Shown here in pieces: positions 10,860 to 23,269 of a DNA stretch of 49,928 nucleotides; the first letter of the stretch is position 1; the number at the start of each line of letters is the position of its first letter. Below the pieces are notes generated by a model. That model was not told where the DNA came from, made no database searches, and saw only the letters and a program-made list of their open reading frames with translations. The position numbers and the translations under genes were made by a program. The stretch lies in NCBI GenBank assembly GCA_003990765.1, contig RBNJ01000029.1:1-49928 (forward strand), written 5' to 3'. The DNA is from Jimgerdemannia flammicorona. Taxonomy: Eukaryota.

Positions 10860-13800
10860 CATCTTTTTCCAGTAACATTCAGGTTACACAATCTTTTGGC
10901 AATACTTTTGACACAGTTTCTGGAGAAAAACTACTAGTATCATGGCAACTAATGAGCATCTTGAGATATATACTGGGCAGGGTGGCCCAGGAATATTTGA
11001 CTGGCAGTATGTGGAGAGGGGCTCTGGCTTGGGGGGAAGCATGAGGGGCCTGCTGGTGGGAGGACATGGTAGGGGAGGGGGCAGTGCTAGAGGTTATGGG
11101 ACAGAGAGGACAAGCTTTGTAGATAAGGTGAAGGGGGGTCAGCAGGGAGCTGGGCTGGAGGGCTGGCTAAGGAGGGGCAAGGAGATGAAAAAGACTGCAG
11201 GGCAGCAGCCTCAAGGAGGAGTCTCTCTGGGGGGCCAGAGTAGTGGGGCTGGTGGTATAGGGGCTGAGGGAGTGACTGCTAATGGAAATGTGATGGGTGA
11301 TCAGGAAAAAAATCTAGATGGGACTGCTGATGGTGGACCAAGCAGTGGGAAAGGCATGAGGCCTAGTGATCTGGCAGATGGTATAATGGGACTGATGGTG
11401 GCACCATTACTTAAGAAGTCGATCTTGGAGTTCACAGTCACCTTGTATTTCTGGGGCTTGGCAGTGATGGTGAAAATGGTCCTGGGGCTGATTATGAAGC
11501 AGGTGGAAGGTGCAGCATCTGTTAAATTCCTAAAGGGCCTGGAAGGGGTAGAGGTGGGCTTTGAGAAGGTGGAGCTACTGGAGGAGACACTGAAGGCTAG
11601 GTTGATGATTGGAGAGGTGTGTGTTCCAATGACACACTGCTTGTGATGAGACCCCAGGGTGATATAGCTTCTGGTGAAGAGTGTGCCTATGGTGACCATT
11701 GGGGAGACAAGGAGGAGAGTTGAGGAGGTTATGGTGGAGTATGGGAAGGTGGTTGATATAGGGTTTAGGGTCTGGGAAGGGACCTCCTTCTAGACAGGAG
11801 ATGTTGATATATGGATTTGACTGGTATAGAGAGAGGCTACTGGAAAGGTACATGATTGACCTTTGGTAATGATGTGGAGAGCCTTTGTGTGCAAGGTGAT
11901 GAGAGTAAAAGAGAGTGGAGAGGAGGAAGAGGACTTGCTAGAGGCACTGAAGGAGTTGAGTAGTGTGGTGGAGTGGAGGGAAAAGGCATGGAAAGTGTAT
12001 GAGGAGTCAATGTACTTGGAGATTGTTGATAGGAGGTGAGTTCATATTTACAAGGGGCTGTGGGAGAGGTCCTAAGGTCGCAAGAGGCAGAGGGAGTTAC
12101 TGGTGAGTCTGGAGAAGAAGACAACAAAAATGATGATGGCTGCTGATAGCATTGAGGATGCCAGGGGAGCTATGGCGAGTGTCTGAGCCAGTGGACAAGA
12201 TGAGATTGAGGAGGTGGATCTGGAGGAGGCCAGAAAGGTGCTGAGTGAGGACTCATATGAGAATGGTGCATTTGAAGTCTGGGAGCAGTTCCTACCCCTA
12301 CTCCTCTTATCAGGCAAGGACTGGCTGTAAGGGGCCAAGCAGTGGAGGATGTGCCCATATATGGAGCCCAGTGGGTGCACTTTGGGGTCTCTGAGGTAGC
12401 TAAAGGAGGACAAGTGGTGACAGTTGGTAAGGAGAAACTGGTGAATGTCCCAGAGGAGGGGTGGAATGAGACTGTAAGTATGGGGGAAGATATCTTGATA
12501 CTGAGTAGAGGATGGCCTATGACTCCTGGGGGGAAGGAGGTGGGAAATCTTCTGTAGATATGCCAAATGATGAATAATCTTGTGGCTGAGGAGCTGGTAG
12601 AAGTGGACCTGAGAGTGATGAGTGATGAGCATTGGGCAGGAATCTTGCATGGTAATAGATTAGTAGAGATATTGAAGGCAGAGGTACTTGTAGTGTTCCT
12701 GGAGAAGGAAGGGTATAAGATATATAGAGAGAGGGAGGCTGCATTGACAGTTGTTGCTGGAGAGCAGGCCACCTATTGTTGGGAAAAGCATCATAGTTTG
12801 TAGCTCTGGCAGGAGGCCTGTTTGGAGTATCATGAGGAATTTGAGGAAAAGGAGGATGGGGAAATGGCTGCACTACTGGAAGATTGGAGGCTAAGAGGAC
12901 TGAAGAGGAGGAGGTGTCAGCTGAATACAAACTGGACTTAGTACAGGAAGTGATGGATATGGAGCAGTAGAGGAGATACCTTTATTTTCACAATATTCTC
13001 TATAAACAGTATAACTAACATTTTCTCTCTAAATGTGAATGAGTTATGGGGTTCTTTTCAGCATCAGAATATTTTTGCTCAGCTAAAGAAATTGGAGGCT
13101 GATCTTTTTCTTTTGCAGGATATCAGGTGTGAGGATGATTTGGATAGACTGAAATAGACAAAGGAATAGAGAGGTAAGGCTGTATGGAAAGGCAAGATGG
13201 GAATTCTAGTCTGGAGATATAGAGGAGAGATACATATGAGAGATGGGGAGCTGGGGTGACAGGTTGGTTTGGGGAGAGTGGATTCAAGCTAGTTGGGAGC
13301 CAGTTATAGTGGGGTCTTGCTACTGTCCTGCTGTATGGGGAGAGTGAGTGAACTGGGTAAAGGGTCTCCAGGAGAGTGGGGCACTTACAGAGGCTGGAGC
13401 AGATGTGCTTGGTGGGGACTTCAATATGGTCTGGGATGTATTGGTGGATAGAACTGATGGAGGGTGGGGGGCTGAGGGTAGGAGTGGAGGTCTGGAGGTG
13501 TGGGAGGACGTAGAGAGGCTGAGTATACTGGTGGATGTGGGCAGGGGATTTTGGGGTAATAAGAGGGTATATACACACTGGGCCAGAGGGCTGGGGACAA
13601 GGATTGACTGGGTTTTGATGGCAGACTGCTGGGGCTTGGATGTTTGGAAATCACTGGAGGTTGAATGGTGTCCATGGTCTAACCATTGGGGGCTGTTGAA
13701 ACAGGGGTATTTTGGGGAGAGTGAGGATGGGCCTGGATATTGGCATCTCAATTCCTCTTTATTGGACAGTGAGGGGTTGTGGGATAAGTGGGCTGTGGAC

Positions 13801-16711
13801 ATTCAGCAGAGAGTGGAGGGCTAGATATAGGAGAGTGTCCCAGTGGGTGTCTGGTGGAAGAGGCTGAAGGAGGCTGCTAGGGTCTACTGGTGAGAGGCTG
13901 ATAAGATGGCTGGCAGACAGAGGAGGAGAAGGGTGGGGTGGGCTTCTGCTAGACTGGCTCAGCTTCTGGAGGATTGGGCTGATCTGTTGGCCCTAGAGGG
14001 GGGAGAGGGCTGAAGATTGCTGTGGGCATAGAAGGAGATTGAGAAGTTGCAACTGGTGGTGAGAGAGGAGGACAGAGTTTGGCAGTACAGCTACATTGGC
14101 AGGGACTAGAGGAGGGAGAGAGGCCCTCTAAGTTTCTCATGAGGGCCCTTTGGGTGAGAAGAGTTAAGCAGTGGTGGGAGGGGGTACTGGATACTGATAG
14201 TCATCTGGTGCACAGTATATATGATATTCTTAGATTATTGAAGGAGAGGTGGAGTGGTCTGTAGAGTGAGGAGGAGGGGGGGCTGACAATGCTGCCATTG
14301 AACATACTTTGGAGGATTGCCACCAACTACCAGTGGAAGGGCTGAGTGTTCTGGTGTTGCCAGTATGGGAGGAGGAGATTCACCAGTTCTTACTGTGACT
14401 ATGCTGGGCATAGCACTAGGGGAGGATGGTCTGCCCTAGGACTTTTGGGAAAAGATGGTAGGAATCTCTGATATAATAAGAGAGCTGATGGCTATGTGTA
14501 ACTTAGTGCTATGGTCAGATTGTTGGGTGGGCAAGTGGGATCTGGGACTGGTAGCACTGCTCTATAAGGATAAAGACAGAAGAGAGGACTGGAGGAACAG
14601 GAGGGTGATTATGCTGCTGGATATAGATGGAAAGTTGGTTACTAAGTTAGTGGTGGCAAGGTTGCAAAAGGTGGCCCAGCAGGTCTTGGGAGAGGAGCAG
14701 CAAGGCTTTGTAGGAGGCTGGCTTATCAGAGATGGCACAGCTTGAGTATATGGCATTATTGAGGAGGCATGAGCCTGTGGACTAGATGGGCACCTAGTCT
14801 TTCTAGATCAAGAGAAGACTTATGACTATGTTCAGTAGGTCTGAATGGCAAAGGTCTTGGATAGGATTGGTGTTCCTTGGCAATTCAGAGTGGTAATGAT
14901 CAGTCTACTGGAAGAGAGTAGAGCTGTACTCATGTATAATAGACACTGAGGGGGGGCCTTCCATCTGGGTAGGGGGGTTCCCCAAGGGGACCCTCTGTCT
15001 CTCATTCTGTATATGCTCTCATTGGAGCCATTGATGGATAGGATTCAGCAGTAGATAGTAGGGCTCTCAGTATTGGGCTAGAATGGAAGGTTGGAGCCTT
15101 TACAGATGATATAGTAATTGGCCTGGGATTGATCACAGTTGTTGAAGAACTCAAGGCAATAGTAGAGTAGTATGAGATATATTCTAGGGCTAAGCTCAAT
15201 TGAAACAAATGTGAGACAATGGTATTAGGTAATGGTCTGGTGGGGGGGGATGTTATTGGAACAATTGTCCCAGCTAGGAAGATAGTGTGATATCTAGATA
15301 TTTATCTCTTAGTGTATGGATCAGTCTTATTGAGAGCTTGGTGTGAGCAGTGAGTTGTGATCTGGGGGGAGGCCCTGCAGAGTTGGGGTGACCACCATAT
15401 ATCCCTAGCAGAGAGGGTTTCTATCTTAAATATATACTGGCTACCAAAGCAGTGGTACTTGGCCTATTATCTGGACTTCCCAGCCTGGGTGGTGAAGAGA
15501 TTGTGAAACTGGCCAAGGGGTGAATTTGGGCTGAGAGGAGGAGTCAGATTAGCTGGGAAATCTTGTCTTTACCAGTTACTAGAGGAGGTCTTGGGCTGGT
15601 TGACTTTCTGAAGAGGCTGCACTGCCAGCGAGTATGATGGCTGAAGAGAGCAGTAGAGTAGAGAGAAGGCAGTTGGGTTCTTCTGATGAAGAGGGTCTGG
15701 GAGATGAGGTCTATACCAAGAGGCTCTACAGGTGATCTGCTGTCCTTAGTCAAGCTTCAGAACAATAGTTACATATAATACAAGGACTTCTGGTAGGGGG
15801 TTGTAGATGGGGCATACTGTATTGAAATTTGCTAGTGGGGAGATAAAGGAGAGCTGCCTTGGGGCCCCACAATGTGGAGATGAGACCATATACTGTTGGG
15901 GGGCATCTCATTACTTGACTTTGATATTGGTGATGGGGTCAAGTATCAGTGGGGGTTAGGACAGGATTTGTGGCCTAGTAGATAGCAGCAGACAGATATT
16001 GGGAAGGAGTAGGACTGGAATTGAGTCTGGGCCTGGAGTGCTGAGGTCAGGCAGTAGTTACCACTGAAGTACTGGGTGGTCTGGTGGCACATACTGAGGA
16101 GGAATATCATGCTCAACTTTCACTCAGGCAATCTGGTTGAGGGGGGAAATTTTGACTGTGAGGAGTTCTATAATGTAGGGCAGAATGGGGGTTTTATATA
16201 GATGCCTGAACATTAGCTGAGAGAGTGTGAGGTGCTGGGTGATTTCTGGTTGGCAGTTGGGTATCAGTTGGGTGTAGTGTATAGGGGAGATGGTGTGAGA
16301 GACAAATGGGAGGATTTGTGGAATAGATTGGTAGGGGGGATTGGGAGGGAGTGGCTCACTCTGGGTTGGGTTTTGGCTGTATGAGTGGGGTTGGTAGATT
16401 ACTGGTTGTTTGTTTTTAAGAATGGGAGGAGTCTAGGACTAAGGGTGTGGTTGCTGAGATGGAAAGGATTGATGGAGGACATCTTGACAGGCTGGTGGCT
16501 TGGTTGGAGACTACAGAGTGGTCAGCAGTATAGTTTGATAGAGAAAATATATGAGCAGAGTGGGGAGAGAGTTGGGGTAGTGGGTGATAGGGTATCTTTC
16601 AAGCATGTGGAGTTAGAGAGTAGGGGCTTCTCTGGGTATTGAGTAGTGGGAAGGAGCACTGTAACTATATCTATAGACTGGTAACTGGTATAAAGCAGAA
16701 GTCCAAGTAAC

Positions 16712-16748
<37 letters not shown>
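10860..16748 (+). mobile_element. Full-length L1-clade LINE copy 2 (ORF1 from 10942, ORF2 about 13000-16642, many stops) with poly(A)
   Basis: 5' end CATCTTT..CCAGT..CATTC is shared with the 45888 end. APE motifs (LQD, GGDFN, RIDW), RT (PQGDPLS, FTDD), A-run 16715-16748, TSD ataagctcccaata / acaagctctcaaca. Confidence 0.93.
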
Positions 16749-16749
<1 letters not shown>

Positions 16750-16761
16750 AAGCTCTCAACA

Positions 16762-18455
16762 GTAATATAAGCACCACATGAGCTATACTGAAGTATATGA
16801 ATGCACATATACCATGATATCTTCTGGTGTACCAAGCACATATGATGAAGCTATAACTAATTCCAATAGTAAGAAATAAAAACAAGCTATAGATAAGGAA
16901 TATAATTCACTCATCAAGAATAGCATGTGGGATCTAGTACTCCTTCTACCAAACCATCAAGCAATTGGATCAAGATGGATATATAGGATAAAGTATAATG
17001 CTGAAAGAAATGTAAAGTAGTATAAAGCTCATTTCATTGCTAAGGGTTACTTATAATATTACAGTATAGATTATGATGAAACCTTTTTACTAGTATTCAA
17101 GCTTACTTTACTTAGAATACTCCTTCTGATTAGCATACTATATGACCTAGAAATCTACAAAATGGATGTTAGGACAGCTTTCCTGAATGGTGATGTAGAC
17201 ACTGAACTATATATTAGTCAACTACAAGGATATGAACAATATGACAACTGGAATAGTAAACTCATATATAGACTATATAAAGGATTATATTACATTAAGC
17301 AAGCAGTGTATCTATAGAATAAACAGATTGATAAACATCTCCTTAACAATGGATTCAAGTATTGTGAAACAGATAATTGCATATATATTCAATATTATGA
17401 TGATGGCATAGTATTATTAGTATATAGATTGATGATATCATCATTATAGCAAGCAAGAATAGGCTTAATGGAGTAAAGAAAACTCTATGTCAAGAATTCA
17501 AGATGACCAATATGAGTGACATATCTTTTCTTTTGGGGATATCTATCATATATAACAGAAATATATATGCTATATATCTCTCATAAGAAACTTATATCAA
17601 AGCCATCCTCAAATACTTTAATATCAGTAATTATAAGTCTGTTGGAATTCTAATGGAGACTTTCATAAAACTAAGAAAGCCCAACATTATGCTTAAAATA
17701 GATAATGAAATATACTCACTAAGAATACTAGTAATAATATTTCCTATAGATAAGCAGTTAGTTTTCTTATATATCTTATACTAGAAATGAGGTCCAACAT
17801 ATTATATACTGTGAATAAGGTGGCACAGTATTCCTCATACTACAATAATTTGCATTGGACAGCAATCAAGAGAATACTAAGGTACTTAAAGAGATCAGTA
17901 TACTATATACTTATGCTGGGTAGCAATATTGAAATAAGCAGAAGCAAAAGCAAGAACAATAGCAAGAGCAACAGTATCTGACTATCTGGTATATGTGACC
18001 CTAATTGTGCTGGAGACTTAGATGACTACTGGTCTATAACCAGATACCTCTTCCACATTAGTGACTAAGGATCCATCATTTTATGGCAAATACATAAACA
18101 GAGTTCTTTGGTAATATCCTTAATATAGATGGAGTACCAGATATCATCATTAGTAATAAGAAAAGTCATTTGGCTCTATGAACTATTAAAGGAGCTCAGC
18201 TTCACTCAGGAATGGAACCCTATGCTAATCAAGCAGAATAATCAATTGATAATAGTGCTCACCAAGAACCCAATATACTATAGCAGAATAAAACATATCA
18301 ATATATAGTATTAATTCATTTATGAATATATGGTAAATGGCACTATATACTTAGAATACATCTCTATGGAGTATAGGATTGCAGATTCACTTACTAAAGC
18401 CTTTACAAAGCCAAAGTTCAAGCTGTGTACTAAAGGAATAGGCCTTTCTGATTAA
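16762..18455 (+). pseudogene. copia-1 reverse transcriptase / RNase H
   Basis: WDLVLLLP..AIGSRWIY, YKAHFIAKGY, DYDETF, QMDVRTAFLNG, HWTAIKRILRYLK, KHINI, IADSLTKA. Confidence 0.9.
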
Positions 18456-18788
18456 TTATGGGATACTTTTCAGGCTAGTAAAAGCCCCTCATACTGCATT
18501 CTATATCTATATATATTGGTTATATCTCTTATCTGAAAGTGAATTATATGGATAACATTATATCATATTTCTATAAATATTTTAGGTATTTCAAAATACT
18601 TTACAATCTGTAAAAATATCTTAAATATAGAATTTTATATTTTTTTGGTATTTGGGTTATATATAATTCTAGTTTTTTATTTTTTGCATGCATTATGCAT
18701 TGCTTTTATTTCTCTCTAGTTTGTATTCTATTCTTCTTTTTAGGTATATTTTGTATTCTTTTTGTTTATATATCTCATTGAGTGGGAG

Positions 18789-18913
18789 TATTGGGATGGC
18801 AACTCAATATATCAACATATAATTAGTGATTTCATCAATCTTATATCATCCATCAGTAATGTATGAAATACATATCCTACTCAAGTTCAATAAAAATACC
18901 CCTCTTACCAACT
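18789..18913 (+). repeat. copia-1 3' LTR
   Basis: Follows the PPT; same 125-bp length and sequence as 2902-3026. Confidence 0.9.
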
Positions 18914-18918
18914 ATAAT

Positions 18919-20185
18919 AGATATAAGAGAAGATATTAATATAATATTGAAAAGAGTGATATTAAATATATGAGAAGATAGCAGAAGTAAGACTTATCTA
19001 AGATAAGTATAAGATAATTAATATTTAAGAAGTTTGAGATAGAATGAGTAATTTGAAAAATAGTTAAAAGAAGTTAAATGGTTTATTATCAAGAGATATT
19101 ATTTTTAATATATAGAATAGTTCTAATATAAAATTCATAAAAGGATAAAAGGAGAAGAGAAATAATATTAAAATGACAAGTAGAGAGAAATTTATTATTA
19201 ATAGAGAAAGTGTGGTAATGAATATATATTAATTGCTAAAATTAGAGTATTTAAATTTTCCAGAGTAAGTAGTAAAGAAGTGAAAGAAGATTATAAAAGA
19301 GTGATTGTAGAAAGAAAAATAGTTGTTGGGGGATATACTGGTAGATAACTTTAGCTTGGAGAATGATATAGAGTATCTTTAGGAGCATAGACAAGATCTG
19401 TAACTAACAGCATAGTAAGGAGTTGGAATCAGTAAGGAGTGAAACTGAAATGAGGTTTGGTCATAGAGCAAAGAGGTGATATTGTAGATCCCCCCTAAGT
19501 TCTGAGTAGTGTGGTAGAGACATTTATAGTGAAATATAATATTGAACTATTGGTCAGGACATTTGGTAGATGGGAGAGTATTGGAGTATAAGGAGTGTCT
19601 CAATATCAGACAGGAGGGTGAGATGGTACAGACTCATGAGTATTTGTTGGGAGAGTGTGAGGTGATAGGAGACTTTTGAAGGGCAATCAAGGGTCTTTTG
19701 GAGGTCCACTCATTAGAGCTTATATATATGTAGTGGGGGGAAGGTGAGGAGATCTTTGGAGGAGGATGGTTTGAGGAGTTGGTGATGAGTGGTTAACTAT
19801 TAGGTGAGAAATAGTTATTTAGGTTGGGTTTACTGGACATTGACTGTATGTATTTGAGAATAAACAGTAGTTGGTACTTAGATTATGTCATAAGATGGGA
19901 GTGGCTGTTGTTGGACCTCTTGAATGGCTGGTGGAAGGGGTGGGGACCTGGGGGGCCCCATAGGAGGCTGGTAAAAAAGATTTCCAGGTAGAGTAGAGAG
20001 AGGATTGGAATAGCTAGGAGATAGTGACTTTCTGGAGAGATGGAGAGCAGAGGGAGCAGAGAAGGAGAGAGGGAAAAGCCCTTTGTAAAATTAGATGAGG
20101 GGTGGGTTTGTATTAGTATAACATATGGATAGTAATAAAGTAGAAGTCTGAGTGACTATAAAAAAAAAAAAAAAAAAAAAAAAAA
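18919..20185 (+). mobile_element. 3' part of the old LINE split by copia-1, with poly(A) 20160-20185
   Basis: Decayed YEKIAEVRL.DK, VMNIY.LLKL..LNFPE.VVK and HEYLLGECEV motifs; family 3' end gactat-(A)n. Confidence 0.8.
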
Positions 20186-20737
20186 TAGCTATAAGTAAGT
20201 TGAGTAGTATAGTATTAGAGCAAAGAAGAGTATTTGGAATTTAGTAAATTTTCAAAAAAGACTTAATATATTGAGAGAATGATAAGAAAAAAGATAAAAG
20301 AGTTAGATAATAAGAAGTTAAGAAGTTTGGTAAAGAAAAATATATAAATTAGATTTTATCTAAGAGAAGAAATTGAGTAGAATATGTGAAGTTTAACTAA
20401 GATAAAAAAGATGAATAAGTTATAACATAAGAGCTTTTGATAAAAAAACAGTAAAAATTTAAATAATAATAGAACTGAAGAGTATAGAGGTAAATTAGTA
20501 GAAAAAATAGAAATATCAATATTGAATACTAAATAATCTAAAGATAAAGAATAGAAGAGAGATAATTATTCTCTAGTAGAGATATTTAATAGAATAAATG
20601 AGAGTAGAGTTATTGAGAGGTGGTCAATTGAATGATAGAAGGTTGAGATAGTAGAAGAGTTGAAATATAAAAGATATAGCTTTGAATTAATAAGTTATAT
20701 AAAATTATACTATCTCAGTATTGAGTAATATAGTAGT

Positions 20738-20872
20738 TGTTGGGATGGCAACTTGATATATAAGTACATAACTTATGCAATTCTATTAGTTCTACATTAT
20801 TCATCAGTAATATATAAAATATATAACCTATATAACTTCAATAAAATTACCTCTCTATCTCATTTTACAATA
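20738..20872 (+). repeat. copia-2 5' LTR
   Basis: TGTTGGGATGGCAACT...CAATA, homologous to the copia-1 LTRs. Confidence 0.85.
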
Positions 20873-22161
20873 AAGGTTATAAGCTCTCCTAGTACTAAGC
20901 AGCTATAGTAAATAAATGCACCTCTTTGAAATATACTATGCTAAAATGTCAGACAACTAGCCTAGCAATATAAGTGTGAAAATAGATATACTAATTACAA
21001 GCATTCCTATAGGTATAACCACAACAACCACAGGTATGAGAAATACAGTTCCAGTTGTAAGCATAAATATAGCCAAGAGGTCTATCTCAATCTTTAATAG
21101 GAAAGATTATATGATCTGAGCATTCTGTATGATAAATCTCCTTAACAAATATGGCTTGGTAGAGTATATAAAGCTATAAATGCTGATTCAAGATTATAAT
21201 GCTATAAATGACTATTAAGCATTATGAAAGATTATATTAATATTATTGAACTCTCAAATGAAGCTCATAATGTATGCTGCAAATACTCATGAGGTATGGT
21301 AGACTCTATACAATCATTATGTATAAATATCTATATTAAATCAATTTCACCTAAATTCTTAGTTATTCAATCTATAAATAAAGCCAAAGGAGACCATTTA
21401 TAAATATGCTAGTTGCATTAATAATCTTGTGAATCAGGTGAATTCCTTAATTATGTCAGCACAGTACATAAGCAATAAAGACAAAGTCTTGGCTCTTATA
21501 AGAAATCTCTCTAAAATATATTATATCATAGTGATGGCCATACAGGAAAATGACAAGCTTGCTGATTATGCTCACAACATCATGAGACTCATAAATGAGA
21601 AAATGTACCAAGGAAATGGTACCACTGATGATAACAAAAACATATTCTTTAAGTTATGTAGATATGGTACCAAATGAGATCAAAAGCACAGATAATAATA
21701 AGGCCAACAAACTCAAACCCAAGCCTAATAATCTGATAGTTACCAATCTACCAAATATGATAGTTACTGTGAATACTGTGGCAAGTATGGATACAGGAAG
21801 CAAAATTGTTATCATTGAGAAAATAATAAGAAGAGCAGTGAAAATAATAAGCAACAATATGGAGATCAGTATTGGTAACATAGAGATTATAGAAAGATCT
21901 ATCAAGGCAAAGAAAAGTATGACAATACAAATACCACTAAACCTGATGAAAGTAGTAGTATATTCTTTACATAAGCAATATATATATATTACAGTTCCAC
22001 TACTAAATTCACCAACTCATTATCTATATGTATAAATTCTGGTCAATAGCAAAAGACTTTTCACTTAATGAAAAGTAATAATGACATAAGTACCATCAGC
22101 AATGAATATATGGTAAATATAGCTAATGACAATAATATCTGACTAATGGATTCTGGAGCTA

Positions 22162-23269
22162 CCCCTCTATCTCGGGTTGGTTTGCTGTACCTGCAGGGGC
22201 ATGGTGGGAGGAGGGCAATGGTGATGAGTTGCTCCTTTATTGGTGTCAGATCAGTGCTTCCTCCACTTTTTCGCGGATTCTGGTGCCTTCAGCTGCATCT
22301 GAGGTATACCCGTTTTGGTGCGGCACTTTCTTCCTTTTGCTATTGCCAACAAGGTGCTGTCTCGGTGTGTCTCGGGCTATGTAGGGAGTTGGCTGACCTT
22401 GGGCATCAAGTGCTCAGTGTAGGTTACCTGCAGGTCCTCGGTGCCTGTGGTGGGGCCCTCTGGCTTTGGCAAGCTTCCCGGCGAGTGCGGTTCTGGTGTA
22501 GGTGACTGTTTTTCAGGTATTGTTGGAATGGGAGGGGAGATGGCTATCACAGATAGGAGGAAGGGTGATTATGGTGAACCAGTAGGGTGCCAGACTGGGG
22601 GCAGTCATCGGGGCTGGGGTGGGTGCTGCTTCAGTGGGGCCTTTTGATTGGTGCAGCGCAGTTAGGTGGTAGGTGTCACTCTTTGCTTCTTTTGGTGATT
22701 CATGGGGTTGGGCCCCGGTCATTGGGGGGGGTCAGGGGGCCCAAGGCTACCCATTTCAGGCATCTTGGCTGCACTCAACTGGAACCGGGAGCTGACACGG
22801 CAATGTGATCGAGGCCCGCAGGCTTGAGTAGTGGGGTATTGGGGGTCTCCTCCCGCCTCACGTGTAAGTTCTCTACTCACCTTGACTGGGAGAACCAGGC
22901 CCTACCCACTGTGTTGTGCTTTGATGAGGGTTTTTTCTTTGCCTGTCATTCTCTTTGGGGTGGCAGGGGCTATTCTATTCAGCTCAGGCATGGTCTTGTA
23001 CATACGTTGGGTTCTCGGGCGTGCGCTTTCGGTCATTGGCATATGGCTGGGTTTTCTCCTGGTGGTAGGGAGAGCATGGTGCGCAGAATGAGGTGTGGGC
23101 TACTTTGCCCTGCTGCGCCTGGCATGGTCAAGCTGCTGGACAATAGCTAGCCTAGGTTAATGGGGGGGCAGTGCTTGATGGGTGGTGGGGGAGAGTTTTG
23201 GCCTATATAGTCTAGGTTCTCTTCCAATAAAAATCTGCGGGACATAGAGTCTGTTAAATAAAAAAAAAA
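22162..23269 (+). mobile_element. Retroposed 1.1-kb insertion, probably the 5'-truncated 3' end of a second non-LTR family
   Basis: Perfect TSD atggattctggagcta (22146-22161 / 23270-23285), AATAAA near 23225, A tail, GC/CpG-rich; homolog at 36441-37170. Confidence 0.85.

Larger units (their letters stand above)
2902..18913 (+). mobile_element. Ty1/copia LTR retrotransposon copy 1 (degenerate; interrupted by a DIRS at 3104 and a LINE at 10855)
   Basis: Paired 125-bp LTRs, PBS, PPT (ttgagtgggag), candidate TSD gtaat/ataat, domain order gag-PR-IN-RT-RH. Confidence 0.93.

Noticed and set aside
20186-20737. AT-rich purine-biased segment as a specific element
   Set aside because: Too decayed to assign by eye.
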